Shown here one piece after another: positions 1 to 7,933 of a stretch of 32,000 nt of DNA (positions are counted from its first letter, which is position 1; the number at the start of each line of letters is the position of its first letter). This DNA is from Ignicoccus islandicus DSM 13165 (GTDB lineage Archaea > Thermoproteota > Thermoprotei_A > Sulfolobales > Ignicoccaceae), in contig NZ_CP006867.1 in NCBI RefSeq assembly GCF_001481685.1, positions 60,001 to 92,000 on the forward strand, given 5' to 3'. Under the pieces are notes generated by a model that saw only the letters and a list, made by a program, of their open reading frames with translations, ran no database searches and had not been told where the DNA came from. A program made the position numbers and the translations under genes.

Positions 1-545
1 TCATAGATGTATATTCCATCGCTGAACACTCTTCTGTCGAAGTCCTTAATCTTAGTGGCTAGTTCTATATTTGCTGCAGTTTGAGCTACTTTCTCTAAAT
101 CTATCCCTTCAACTATTAGATCTCGACCCTTTACTTGAACCTTAACGCCAGGAAGGACTTTAGCTATCCTCGGGGCCTTTTCTCCGATGAAGTTCGCTAT
201 TTCAACTACGTCGCCCTTTACGTTAACGCTTATTGGGAAGTGTGAGAATATTATTTTCATTTTATACCTCCAGCCTTTGGTAACTCCGATTATCATGTTG
301 TTTATATGAGCAGCAATCGTTCTAACTAACGCCTTCTTTTTGCGATTGGCAAAGAATGTCTCTACTAAGATGGCATCCTTGCCCTCTTCAGTCTTCACTA
401 GTTTTATGTTAACGCCCTTAGCGTGGGAGAAGTCTCTTTCAAGCGTTCCTTTAGGTCCACTTACCTTCACTTTCAAGCCCTCTACCGTTACGGTCACGCC
501 GTCCGGTATCTCTACTAAGTGATGGACCCACACGGCTTTAGCCAT
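1..545 (-). CDS. rpl6: 50S ribosomal protein L6 (partial, C-terminus outside window)
   Basis: Reverse strand reads [42 protein letters not shown]...[26 protein letters not shown], typical archaeal L6. Not in the ORF track because it runs off the window. Confidence 0.93.
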   Translation of the reverse strand, partial: MAKAVWVHHLVEIPDGVTVTVEGLKVKVSGPKGTLERDFSHAKGVNIKLVKTEEGKDAILVETFFANRKKKALVRTIAAHINNMIIGVTKGWRYKMKIIFSHFPISVNVKGDVVEIANFIGEKAPRIAKVLPGVKVQVKGRDLIVEGIDLEKVAQTAANIELATKIKDFDRRVFSDGIYIY

Positions 546-581
546 TTTTCATTTACCCATTGAGGGGTGTCTTACGGGGAT

Positions 582-1376
582 TTAAGGACTCTTATGAAGC
601 TTCTCGTAGGTATATTCCATTAACGAGTCTATTAAACTGCGTTCTTGAGAAGGACACTTTTCTAGTAAGAATAGTAGAGACGGAGGCTTCACCACTTTAC
701 TTCTAACTAAACCCTCGAGAGTTAAGTTGCCTTTAGCATTGTATTCCACTATGGAAGAGCGCTCGATCATTAGTACCTTATCCGATATCCATATGAGCTC
801 GGGATCGTGAGTTGCAATTAAAGCGGACCTTCCTTCTTCTCTGAGCTGAATAATGTACTTCAATACTTTCCAATACGATTCGTTATCCAAGAAACTCGTG
901 GGTTCGTCTAAGAGTACGTACTTTGGCTTGTATACTTCGATACTAGCAATAGTAACGAGTCTTTTCTGACCTAGGCTAAGTCTTAACGTTCTCTCCTTTG
1001 TAAGATGTTCTATACCAAACTTCCTTAACGTTTCAATAACTCTTGCTCTAATTTCGTCTTCGCTCATTCCCAGCGTCCTGAGCGAATACGCAACCTCATC
1101 GTACACTGTCGGGTTAAACAGTTGCGCCCCAGGATCTTGGAACGTTAGCCCAACGAGAGGTTTTAATCGAAACCTATCTTTGCTCCATCTTAGTCCATCT
1201 ATTTCTAATCTCCCTTTGATTGGTTTGAGCAATCCGGCTAGAGTCATTAGTAGAGTCGTTTTACCGCTGCCCGTAGGTCCAACTAATGCAACTATCTCAC
1301 CGGAATCTACGCGCACGTTGATGTCTCGAATTATAGGATACTTGTAGCCGATTTCACCGTTCTCGAAAATTAACAT
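582..1376 (-). CDS. cbiO: Energy-coupling factor / cobalt-nickel type ABC transporter ATP-binding protein
   Basis: Walker A GPTGSGKTT, Walker B KYVLLDEPTSFLD, Q-loop, H-loop; operon with CbiQ/CbiM-like genes. Confidence 0.88.
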   Translation of the reverse strand: MLIFENGEIGYKYPIIRDINVRVDSGEIVALVGPTGSGKTTLLMTLAGLLKPIKGRLEIDGLRWSKDRFRLKPLVGLTFQDPGAQLFNPTVYDEVAYSLRTLGMSEDEIRARVIETLRKFGIEHLTKERTLRLSLGQKRLVTIASIEVYKPKYVLLDEPTSFLDNESYWKVLKYIIQLREEGRSALIATHDPELIWISDKVLMIERSSIVEYNAKGNLTLEGLVRSKVVKPPSLLFLLEKCPSQERSLIDSLMEYTYEKLHKSP

Positions 1377-2020
1377 TATCCCAACCTCCTCGCCTCAAGA
1401 GCCATTAACCTTAGTTCTAAATAGAACCTTACCCTATATAAGAACATTTCAAGGCTCGATAATTGGTGTCTCCAAATTTCTTTCAAGAATAACTTCTTCA
1501 AAGTTCTAGATTCTCGTGCAGCTAATAGCGTTAGTAACGAGGTAGAGAGCGTTAATGCAACTAGAAGAACGTACTCATATAACGTTACAATACCTTCCGG
1601 TATTCCTAGGTCTACAAGGATTTTCAAAATATTAATTAAGCCAACTCTTTCTATATATAGACTTATTAGTAAAGTTGATAACGAAGATCTCATTGTAAGC
1701 GAGAGCCCTTCGACAAGACCGCGATCACCTAGCCCTGTCCACGAGAAAAGCGTAGTGATGAGACCTAGAGCGAGAGGATACAGGGTAACGCTAAACGGGT
1801 ACTTCAGTGTACGTAATCGCGATCTTCTCTTAATCAGTTCCCTGAGTAAGAATGGAAGAGATACTAGTATCAGCTTATCAATGGATTTCTCGAAAGAAAG
1901 GTATATAGTTGCTGATACGTACAATAGGAACTCGATTTTCGATGTCCCCTCGCGACCTCGAGAGAGCGCATAAGAAAGCTCGCTGACTTCTTCCACGAAC
2001 TTCGACGTAAGGCCTCCCAT
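1376..2020 (-). CDS. cbiQ: ECF/Cbi transporter transmembrane protein (CbiQ/EcfT-like)
   Basis: Hydrophobic helices plus a C-terminal 'ALEARRLG'-like segment, start overlapping the cbiO start region; position in the operon. Sequence is fairly divergent. Confidence 0.7.
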   Translation of the reverse strand: MGGLTSKFVEEVSELSYALSRGREGTSKIEFLLYVSATIYLSFEKSIDKLILVSLPFLLRELIKRRSRLRTLKYPFSVTLYPLALGLITTLFSWTGLGDRGLVEGLSLTMRSSLSTLLISLYIERVGLINILKILVDLGIPEGIVTLYEYVLLVALTLSTSLLTLLAARESRTLKKLFLKEIWRHQLSSLEMFLYRVRFYLELRLMALEARRLG

Positions 2021-2027
2021 AATCTTA

Positions 2028-2318
2028 TCACTTCTCAGCAGTTTTCGCTAATATGTATCCCACTGCGAATATTACTGAGATTCCTATGATGCCGGCAATG
2101 ATGTAACCTATAGCATCTGGAACTCCCGGTACGGTGTAATCGCTGAAGGGGGTCCAGTTAAATTCCATTTCCTTTAAGTGAAGCGCCTCTGCGGCTACGT
2201 CTAACGGTTCATGGTATCCTACTAGGTCAGCACCTATTACACCGAAAAGCGGACTCACAAAGAGTCCTATTACTACTACTTGTAACAGCCTCCTATTCCT
2301 TAACACGTATTTTAACAT
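2028..2318 (-). CDS. CbiN/PDGLE-domain small membrane component of Co/Ni transporter
   Basis: Two hydrophobic segments with EPLDVAAEALHLKEMEF...FSDYTVPGV..., typical of the PDGLE domain. The listed ORF starts at 2378, but that overlaps cbiM; the internal Met (MLKYVLRNRR) at 2318 fits the operon better. Confidence 0.75.
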   Translation of the reverse strand: MLKYVLRNRRLLQVVVIGLFVSPLFGVIGADLVGYHEPLDVAAEALHLKEMEFNWTPFSDYTVPGVPDAIGYIIAGIIGISVIFAVGYILAKTAEK

Positions 2319-2331
2319 GCGCCACCACCCC

Positions 2332-2976
2332 TTAAATAGGATTCCAGAAGTCCGACTCTCTAGCAGTTTTAACGGCAATCATTGTAATTAATCCCTCTAT
2401 AATACCCAAAAAGAAGTGCCAAACGGTCATCACAGGAACGGATATTTCTACTCCAAAGGGAAATAGCGGACTTAAGCCTATCTCTATACCACAAACGAAA
2501 CCTGCTAATGTTATGCCAAACCACGCTCCTAAGAAAGCACCGATAAGCTCACCGTTTCCCTTAAATTTATTCTTTATAGCGTTGTATACCAAATATCCGA
2601 CCCACCCATCTACTATTGCCATATTGAGTAAGTTAGCACCGAGGGCAGTAATTCCACCATCGTGAAAGACTAAACATTGAGTTGTAATTACCATTGACAT
2701 CGCGACGAAGCCTAACCATGGACCCAATAGAATGTAAGCCAGGGCCCCCCCCACGAAGTGCAAGCTAGTACCTCCTGGAAGAGGCCAGTTCAGCATTTGA
2801 GCCACGAAGATAGCTGCTGCTAGTAAAGTGGCCTTTGAAACGTTTTGCGGAGCCCATAAGTTGCCTTCCCTGATCTTCTTTATAGTTAGGTAAGCGTAGG
2901 CAATCGCAACAACGTATGTTAGAAGTACCCAGAGCGGACTCAAGTAGCCGTCAGGTATGTGCACAAATTTCACCAA
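2332..2976 (-). CDS. cbiM: CbiM-like substrate-binding membrane component
   Basis: N-terminal VHIPDGYLSPLW and multiple TM segments, diagnostic of CbiM/NikM. Confidence 0.93.
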   Translation of the reverse strand: MVKFVHIPDGYLSPLWVLLTYVVAIAYAYLTIKKIREGNLWAPQNVSKATLLAAAIFVAQMLNWPLPGGTSLHFVGGALAYILLGPWLGFVAMSMVITTQCLVFHDGGITALGANLLNMAIVDGWVGYLVYNAIKNKFKGNGELIGAFLGAWFGITLAGFVCGIEIGLSPLFPFGVEISVPVMTVWHFFLGIIEGLITMIAVKTARESDFWNPI

Positions 2977-3024
2977 CTCGTGTACAAAATGTCATGCTTA
3001 AAAAGATTTTTAATATAAATATAA

Positions 3025-3040
3025 GGTTCTAATAAGAACC
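3025..3040. promoter_or_regulatory. Perfect palindrome GGTTCT-AATA-AGAACC upstream of cbiM, adjoining a TATA-like element (TTTATATTAA, minus strand, about 3011-3020)
   Basis: Read directly from sequence; lies just upstream of the AT-rich promoter-like stretch for cbiM. Confidence 0.45.
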
Positions 3041-3181
3041 ATTAGCAGTTGTTAAGCGAAAGGCATTCGACCTTAATAATGGAATAGAAAAGGAATATGC
3101 AGTTTATCACTCTAAATGTAAAAACGCGTTAAACTCGTTAAATGAAATTAGGGAGCAATTACGACCAATAGACTTCGTCAC

Positions 3182-3742
3182 TCAATTAGCTATTCCTCTA
3201 AGGCGTTTTCTGAACGCTTCCATCCATTCCTCGTTAAGCTCGTCGTTATTCCAAGATGACGGATCTGAAACGCCTTTCACGTATAGGTAAAGAGTTCTCA
3301 CAACTCCGTTCTCGTCTTGGAATCCTCTTCTAGCAATAGGCATCCAGTTAGGAATAGGTATCTCAAGCGTTACTATTCGAGTGCCGTCCTTAACTTCTTT
3401 CTCTAGCTTCCTTACTAAATAGTCTCTAATGACATCGTAGTATATGTAAAGGTATATGACTGTAGCTACGGATAAATCCACCTCAGTGAAGTCACCTTCA
3501 ATAAACTCCACTCTGTTCGAAACGCCGTATTCGGATGCCTTCTTCCTCGAAATCGCCACCAATGCGCTATCGATTTCAACTCCAATTCCCTTACACCCGC
3601 TTAGCTTGGAGGTCAATACAACTATCCTCCCATCTCCCGAGCCTAGGTCAATCAGTACATCGTTGGGCGTTACTTTGGCGAGTTCTACTATCTTCTCTGC
3701 CGTTTTTACTGGACTAGCGATGTACGGAACCAACTTCTTCAA
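3182..3742 (-). CDS. Class I SAM-dependent methyltransferase (small archaeal/DOT1-like fold)
   Basis: LIDLGSGDGRIVVL motif I, GIGVEID, VEFIEGDF. Start overlaps the stop of the upstream CBS gene by 4 bp. Confidence 0.8.
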   Translation of the reverse strand: MKKLVPYIASPVKTAEKIVELAKVTPNDVLIDLGSGDGRIVVLTSKLSGCKGIGVEIDSALVAISRKKASEYGVSNRVEFIEGDFTEVDLSVATVIYLYIYYDVIRDYLVRKLEKEVKDGTRIVTLEIPIPNWMPIARRGFQDENGVVRTLYLYVKGVSDPSSWNNDELNEEWMEAFRKRLRGIAN

Positions 3743-4665
3743 GGTAACTCCACCAAAACGACTAATTCCTTGTCTCCGATCCTTCGGGAAACGTTCTTGA
3801 GCGCGTCTTCCCCTTCTACTATTACTATTGCGTTATACTTCCCGATGGTCTTAATCACTTTAACGTTTTGGAGACCTTCCAGCCTATCTACGTCACCGCC
3901 CTTAAGCAGTAAAACGTATCGAGTTAGCTCCTTTACTATGTCAGGTAGTATGTATCCTATGTCTTTTATGGACGCAATTTTACCTTTCCAAACAACTAGT
4001 TTGTCCGTGTTGTTGGTTCTCATAAGCCTTACAGCGCACTCTAGGTCGGTTAAGGGATCGGTAGTGATGACCCTTTGAGCAGCGTAATTTAATGCTAAAT
4101 CAGAGTAAGGGTCACCGTAGGCGGCACTTCTTAGTACGCTTTCATCAGTAACTAACTTCGAACCTACGAAAGCGGCTTCAGTGTCCATGTTGACTATCTC
4201 TGTTGCCACGTCAGCTATCGTAGCCCTTTCATCTAATCTAGGTATTCTCTTAGATACATTACCTAGGTTGAGCTTACCTGAGGGAATGAATTCCGTTAGC
4301 GCGAAAACTATATCTCTTATATATAGTATTCCCTTTAATTTGTTATCATGCGTGACTAGAACGTGAGATATTCTGTATTCTTTCAGTAATCTTAAGGCCG
4401 AAATCAAGTCCTTGTCTCCGCTTAGCTTCAATGGAGAGGGCGTTCCATATTCTTCCACGGTGGTAATTTCTAAGTCCTCTCCTTTCGCAACAGCCCTTAC
4501 TACGTCAGTCTTAGTGATTAAGTAATTAATTCTTTCTTGGTCGTCTAGAGCCAGCGCGGCGCCTATACCTCCCTCGCATATTACTTTGGCCGCTTTCTTG
4601 AGCGAGTCCGTAGCTTCAACTCTCGGAATTACGGGGTTTTTCAACACGTCTTCGAGAGTTAGCAT
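3739..4665 (-). CDS. CBS-domain protein (multiple CBS motifs)
   Basis: Repeated ISHVLVTHDNKLKGILYIRDIV, TKTDVVRAVA and GKIASIKDIG patterns. Confidence 0.85.
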   Translation of the reverse strand: MLTLEDVLKNPVIPRVEATDSLKKAAKVICEGGIGAALALDDQERINYLITKTDVVRAVAKGEDLEITTVEEYGTPSPLKLSGDKDLISALRLLKEYRISHVLVTHDNKLKGILYIRDIVFALTEFIPSGKLNLGNVSKRIPRLDERATIADVATEIVNMDTEAAFVGSKLVTDESVLRSAAYGDPYSDLALNYAAQRVITTDPLTDLECAVRLMRTNNTDKLVVWKGKIASIKDIGYILPDIVKELTRYVLLLKGGDVDRLEGLQNVKVIKTIGKYNAIVIVEGEDALKNVSRRIGDKELVVLVELP

Positions 4666-4708
4666 TCCTAACGTCCCTCGGCTAATATCTCATAGTACGT
4701 TATCAATA

Positions 4709-5461
4709 CTACATCAGCTTTAATGGGAGATTACTGTCATAGAGGTAAACGTAATTCGTTACTTCATCTAGACCTAATCCTATTGCCTTAACGTTCACCC
4801 CAGATTTCATGGCTTCTAGTATCAAGTCCGTAATACCAGGATGTCCGTCTTCGAACGGTCTGAAACAACACGCTCCATCGAACCCCACAACGAAAACCAA
4901 GTACTTATCGTAACCTCTGAGACTAATCAGATCTTTAATTTGCTTCACGCCCCTTTGCGTGGGACAATCTGGCCACATACCTTCTTCATACTCCCCTTTG
5001 AGATCTGCGCTCTTTAACTCCACTATACCTATCTTCCCTTCGTTGGAAACTAATTGGAAATCGAAAACAGATGAACCAAACTTAGGAGCCCTCTTTATCA
5101 CCTTATATCCCCTCAGCCATGGGAGCAAACCTCTTTCCAGTGCCTCTTTGAAAGCTATCTCTTGGATTCTCGTATCTAAAACTGCAAAGGAATCCATGAA
5201 GACCCTAGCTGCCACTAACTTACAATGCGTCCTCCTCCCTCCGTTAAGCGAACAGAAGCATTCGTTTCCTTCCCATATTAGGTCCAGAAGCCTTCCCGTA
5301 TTGGAGTTGTGAGCTAATTTGATATCGTTACCAACTTTCACTTCAACAACGAAACGATTCAATTTTCTCAAAATAGAACATTTAATAACATCTACCCTAA
5401 ATAACGAAACGAACTCGTTCCCACGTCGCGATTTAAGCGATGGTACCCAAAGAGGCATCAA
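4709..5461 (-). CDS. sfsA: SfsA-family protein (sugar fermentation stimulation / DNA-binding, nuclease-like fold)
   Basis: LAHNSNTGRLLDLIWEGNE...; GKIGIVELKSADLKG; FVVGFDGACCFRPFEDGHPGITDLILEAMKSGVNVKA match SfsA architecture. Start uncertain. Confidence 0.8.
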   Translation of the reverse strand: MMPLWVPSLKSRRGNEFVSLFRVDVIKCSILRKLNRFVVEVKVGNDIKLAHNSNTGRLLDLIWEGNECFCSLNGGRRTHCKLVAARVFMDSFAVLDTRIQEIAFKEALERGLLPWLRGYKVIKRAPKFGSSVFDFQLVSNEGKIGIVELKSADLKGEYEEGMWPDCPTQRGVKQIKDLISLRGYDKYLVFVVGFDGACCFRPFEDGHPGITDLILEAMKSGVNVKAIGLGLDEVTNYVYLYDSNLPLKLM

Positions 5462-5479
5462 GTTAGCTCATCCCATAGG

Positions 5480-6451
5480 GTGAGCTTCAAAAACTCTAAG
5501 AAGAAGGCTTTACGGCTGATGCCTATTGTGTGGATAGGCAGAGCAATTGGTCACACGCCTTCGGTCCTCTTAAGGAAGCTGGTTAACGATGAGAATAAAG
5601 TCATGGTCAAACTTGAGTTCATGAATCCTAGTGGTAGTATAAAGGACAGACCTGCCTTATTTATGATAAAAAAGGCTGAAGAAGAAGGATTGCTCAAGGA
5701 AGGCTCTACGATAGTTGAACCTTCTTCAGGAAACACGGCGATTTCATTGGCAATGTTAGCGGCCGCCCGAGGATACAAAATGGTTGCTGTCGTCCCCAAA
5801 ACCACCAGTTCCAATAAAATAAAGATGCTGAAGGCCTTAGGTGCTCGAGTAATTTTCTCTGAAAGCGGAGTCCCTTTAGGTCATCCAGAGCATCACTACA
5901 CTAAGGCCGTGAGACTCGCAAAGGAGAACGGTTGGGTAATGCTTGATCAATACAGAAACGAGGCTAACGTCAGGGCACACTACGAAACGACGGGCCCTGA
6001 ATTACATGCCCAAGCAATTCAGCTAATGGGAGGGCTAGACGCTTTCGTGGCCGGTGTAGGCACGGGCGGTACAATTCTAGGCATTGGAAAGTACTTGAAG
6101 GAAGTGAAGGAAGACGTGAGAGTTATTGCCGTGGTACCTAGCAATACGCTAATTTCCAAATTCTTAGGACTCAATGGAGACAGAACCTTCCATTCGATAG
6201 AAGGCTTGACTGCTATGCCCGTTAGTTCTCTTCTAAGAAAATATAGGCACTTAATTGATGAAGTGATTGAAATATCCGACAACGAAGCTTTGGAGACAAT
6301 GAAATTCTTGGCCTCAAGGGAAGGTATTATGGGAGGATTGAGTTGCGGAGCTAACGTGGCTGCGTCGCTCAAGCTTGCTAGAGAAGGAATTAGAGTTGCA
6401 ACCGTCTGTCCGGATGGATTGATTAGGTACCTTGATAGATTGGAGCTATAA
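5480..6451 (+). CDS. cysK: PLP-dependent cysteine synthase family protein
   Basis: GHTPSVLLRKL, FMNPSGSIKDRPA (PLP-lysine), EPSSGNTAISLAMLAAARGYK, GVGTGGTILG. GTG start; the real start may be the ATG at 5519 (MPIVWIGRAIGHTP). Confidence 0.88.
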   Translation: MSFKNSKKKALRLMPIVWIGRAIGHTPSVLLRKLVNDENKVMVKLEFMNPSGSIKDRPALFMIKKAEEEGLLKEGSTIVEPSSGNTAISLAMLAAARGYKMVAVVPKTTSSNKIKMLKALGARVIFSESGVPLGHPEHHYTKAVRLAKENGWVMLDQYRNEANVRAHYETTGPELHAQAIQLMGGLDAFVAGVGTGGTILGIGKYLKEVKEDVRVIAVVPSNTLISKFLGLNGDRTFHSIEGLTAMPVSSLLRKYRHLIDEVIEISDNEALETMKFLASREGIMGGLSCGANVAASLKLAREGIRVATVCPDGLIRYLDRLEL

Positions 6452-6477
6452 GTAAATATATACAACAAATACAACTT

Positions 6478-7683
6478 ATGCGCGGTGATATCGTGAGCGA
6501 CGTTTACGTGGTCTCAGCTGTCAGGACGCCTATAGGTAAGTTCTTGGGTGCCTTTTCAAACGTTCCTGCGCCAGACCTAGCGGCGATAGCAGTTAAGGAA
6601 GCCATTAGGAGAGCTGGTATAGAACCTAAGGACGTCAATTATTATACAATGGGTAATGTTATAGGCGCAGCTGTAGGTCAGAACCCAGCTAGACGCACCG
6701 CGCTCTTAGCCGGTATACCTCACCATATTGATGGCTTCACCATCAACATGGTTTGCTCCTCCGGCATGATGTCTGTAATAGATGCCGTTAGGGCGATCAA
6801 GCTCGGAGAAGCGAGGATAGCTTTGGCAGGCGGAATGGAAAACATGACTAGGGCCCCTCTATGTCTACCTCAAGAAGCCCGAACGGGTATGAAGCATCTC
6901 ATTGGTAGGCAAGCGAACCTTATAGATACTATGGTACTGGACGGATTAACAGATGCTTGGAACTGGAGGATAATGGGAGAGGAGGCTGACGCAACTGCTA
7001 AGAAGTACGGTGCAAAGAGAGAGGAACTAGATGAGATAGCTTTCAATAGTCACATGAGGGCGGCTAAAGCTACGGACGATGGAATATTTAAGAACGAAAT
7101 AGTACCGGTTGAGGTGAAAACCCGGAAGGGGGTAGTCGTAGTAGATAAGGACGAGGGAATAAGGAGGGATACTAGCATTGAGAAGCTCAGCAAGCTACCT
7201 CCCGCTTTCACTCCCGATGGCGTTCACACAGCGGGCAATAGCTCTCAGTTAAGCGATGGTGCGGCCGCCTTAATCTTAGCTCCAGAGAAGGTCGTGAACG
7301 AATATGGCCTCAAGCCGTTAGCGAGGATACTAGGTTACGATATAGTAGGCCTGAAGCCGGAGGACTTCGTTGAAGCACCAGTACCCGGTATAAGGCGCAT
7401 TTCCGAGAAGCTCGGTGTAAAGCCGGACGACTGGGACCTCTACGAAGTTAATGAAGCGTTTGCTATAAGCTTGTGGCTTCCGCATCACTTGCTAGGAATA
7501 CCGTACGAGAGAATGAACGTTCACGGTGGCGCAATTGCCTTAGGCCACCCGTTAGGCGCTTCGGGAGCCAGGATAATAGTGACCTTGATTAATGCTCTCA
7601 AAACACATGGACAGAATAGAGGCGTTGCCACCCTCTGTCACGGAACTGGTGGTGGAACTACGATAGCTCTGGAACTAGTCTAA
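6478..7683 (+). CDS. Acetyl-CoA C-acetyltransferase / acetoacetyl-CoA beta-ketothiolase
   Basis: VVSAVRTPIGKFLGA, INMVCSSGMMSV (active-site Cys), NVHGGAIALGHPLGASGARI, CHGTGGG. Confidence 0.95.
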   Translation: MRGDIVSDVYVVSAVRTPIGKFLGAFSNVPAPDLAAIAVKEAIRRAGIEPKDVNYYTMGNVIGAAVGQNPARRTALLAGIPHHIDGFTINMVCSSGMMSVIDAVRAIKLGEARIALAGGMENMTRAPLCLPQEARTGMKHLIGRQANLIDTMVLDGLTDAWNWRIMGEEADATAKKYGAKREELDEIAFNSHMRAAKATDDGIFKNEIVPVEVKTRKGVVVVDKDEGIRRDTSIEKLSKLPPAFTPDGVHTAGNSSQLSDGAAALILAPEKVVNEYGLKPLARILGYDIVGLKPEDFVEAPVPGIRRISEKLGVKPDDWDLYEVNEAFAISLWLPHHLLGIPYERMNVHGGAIALGHPLGASGARIIVTLINALKTHGQNRGVATLCHGTGGGTTIALELV

Positions 7684-7748
7684 CCTTTTAGGAGATTCCT
7701 ACATAGATATTGATACTGAGTCAGATTTGTTAATTTAATGTTAAGGAT

Positions 7749-7866
7749 TGGTGGGCCCGCCGGGATTTGAACCCGGGGCCACGGGGACCCGAGTCGGGCG
7801 CCGACCCGAAAACCCTTGGGGGTACCGGCGTACCCCGCATCCTAGTCCAAGCTAGACGACGGGCCC
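7749..7866 (-). tRNA. tRNA-Pro(CGG) with encoded CCA (7749-7751) and a 39-nt intron at 7793-7831, position 32/33
   Basis: Acceptor GGGCCCG/CGGGCCC, discriminator A, T-arm CCGGG-TTCAAAT-CCCGG, anticodon stem CGGGG/CCCCG. Splicing out 7793-7831 gives loop T-T-CGG-G-T. Bulge-helix-bulge: bulges GTA (7833-7831) and ACT (7794-7792), central helix CGGG/CCCG, inner helix CGCCG/CGGCG. Confidence 0.9.
7793..7831 (-). other. Non-canonical tRNA intron (39 nt, position 32/33) with bulge-helix-bulge splice motif
   Basis: Hand-folded BHB as above; both cuts fall after the second nucleotide of each 3-nt bulge. Confidence 0.82.
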
Positions 7867-7933
7867 ACCGTTCCATAGACGACGCTATATTCTTTAAAAA
7901 CCTATCTGTATGTCTTTCCATTTCGGTAATTAA

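Noticed and set aside
2319-2378. Extended N-terminus MPLKLLESRTSGILFKGWWR of the PDGLE ORF
   Set aside because: Overlaps the cbiM 3' end; the internal Met at 2318 fits normal operon spacing.
3770-4366. Plus-strand ORFs of 102 and 61 aa in the CBS gene
   Set aside because: Ser/Thr/Leu-rich antisense of a clear CBS-domain gene.
7730-7921. 63-aa ORF on the plus strand across the tRNA
   Set aside because: It is the antisense of tRNA-Pro (GFEPGP/GPGFKSRRA-like translation), not a protein gene.
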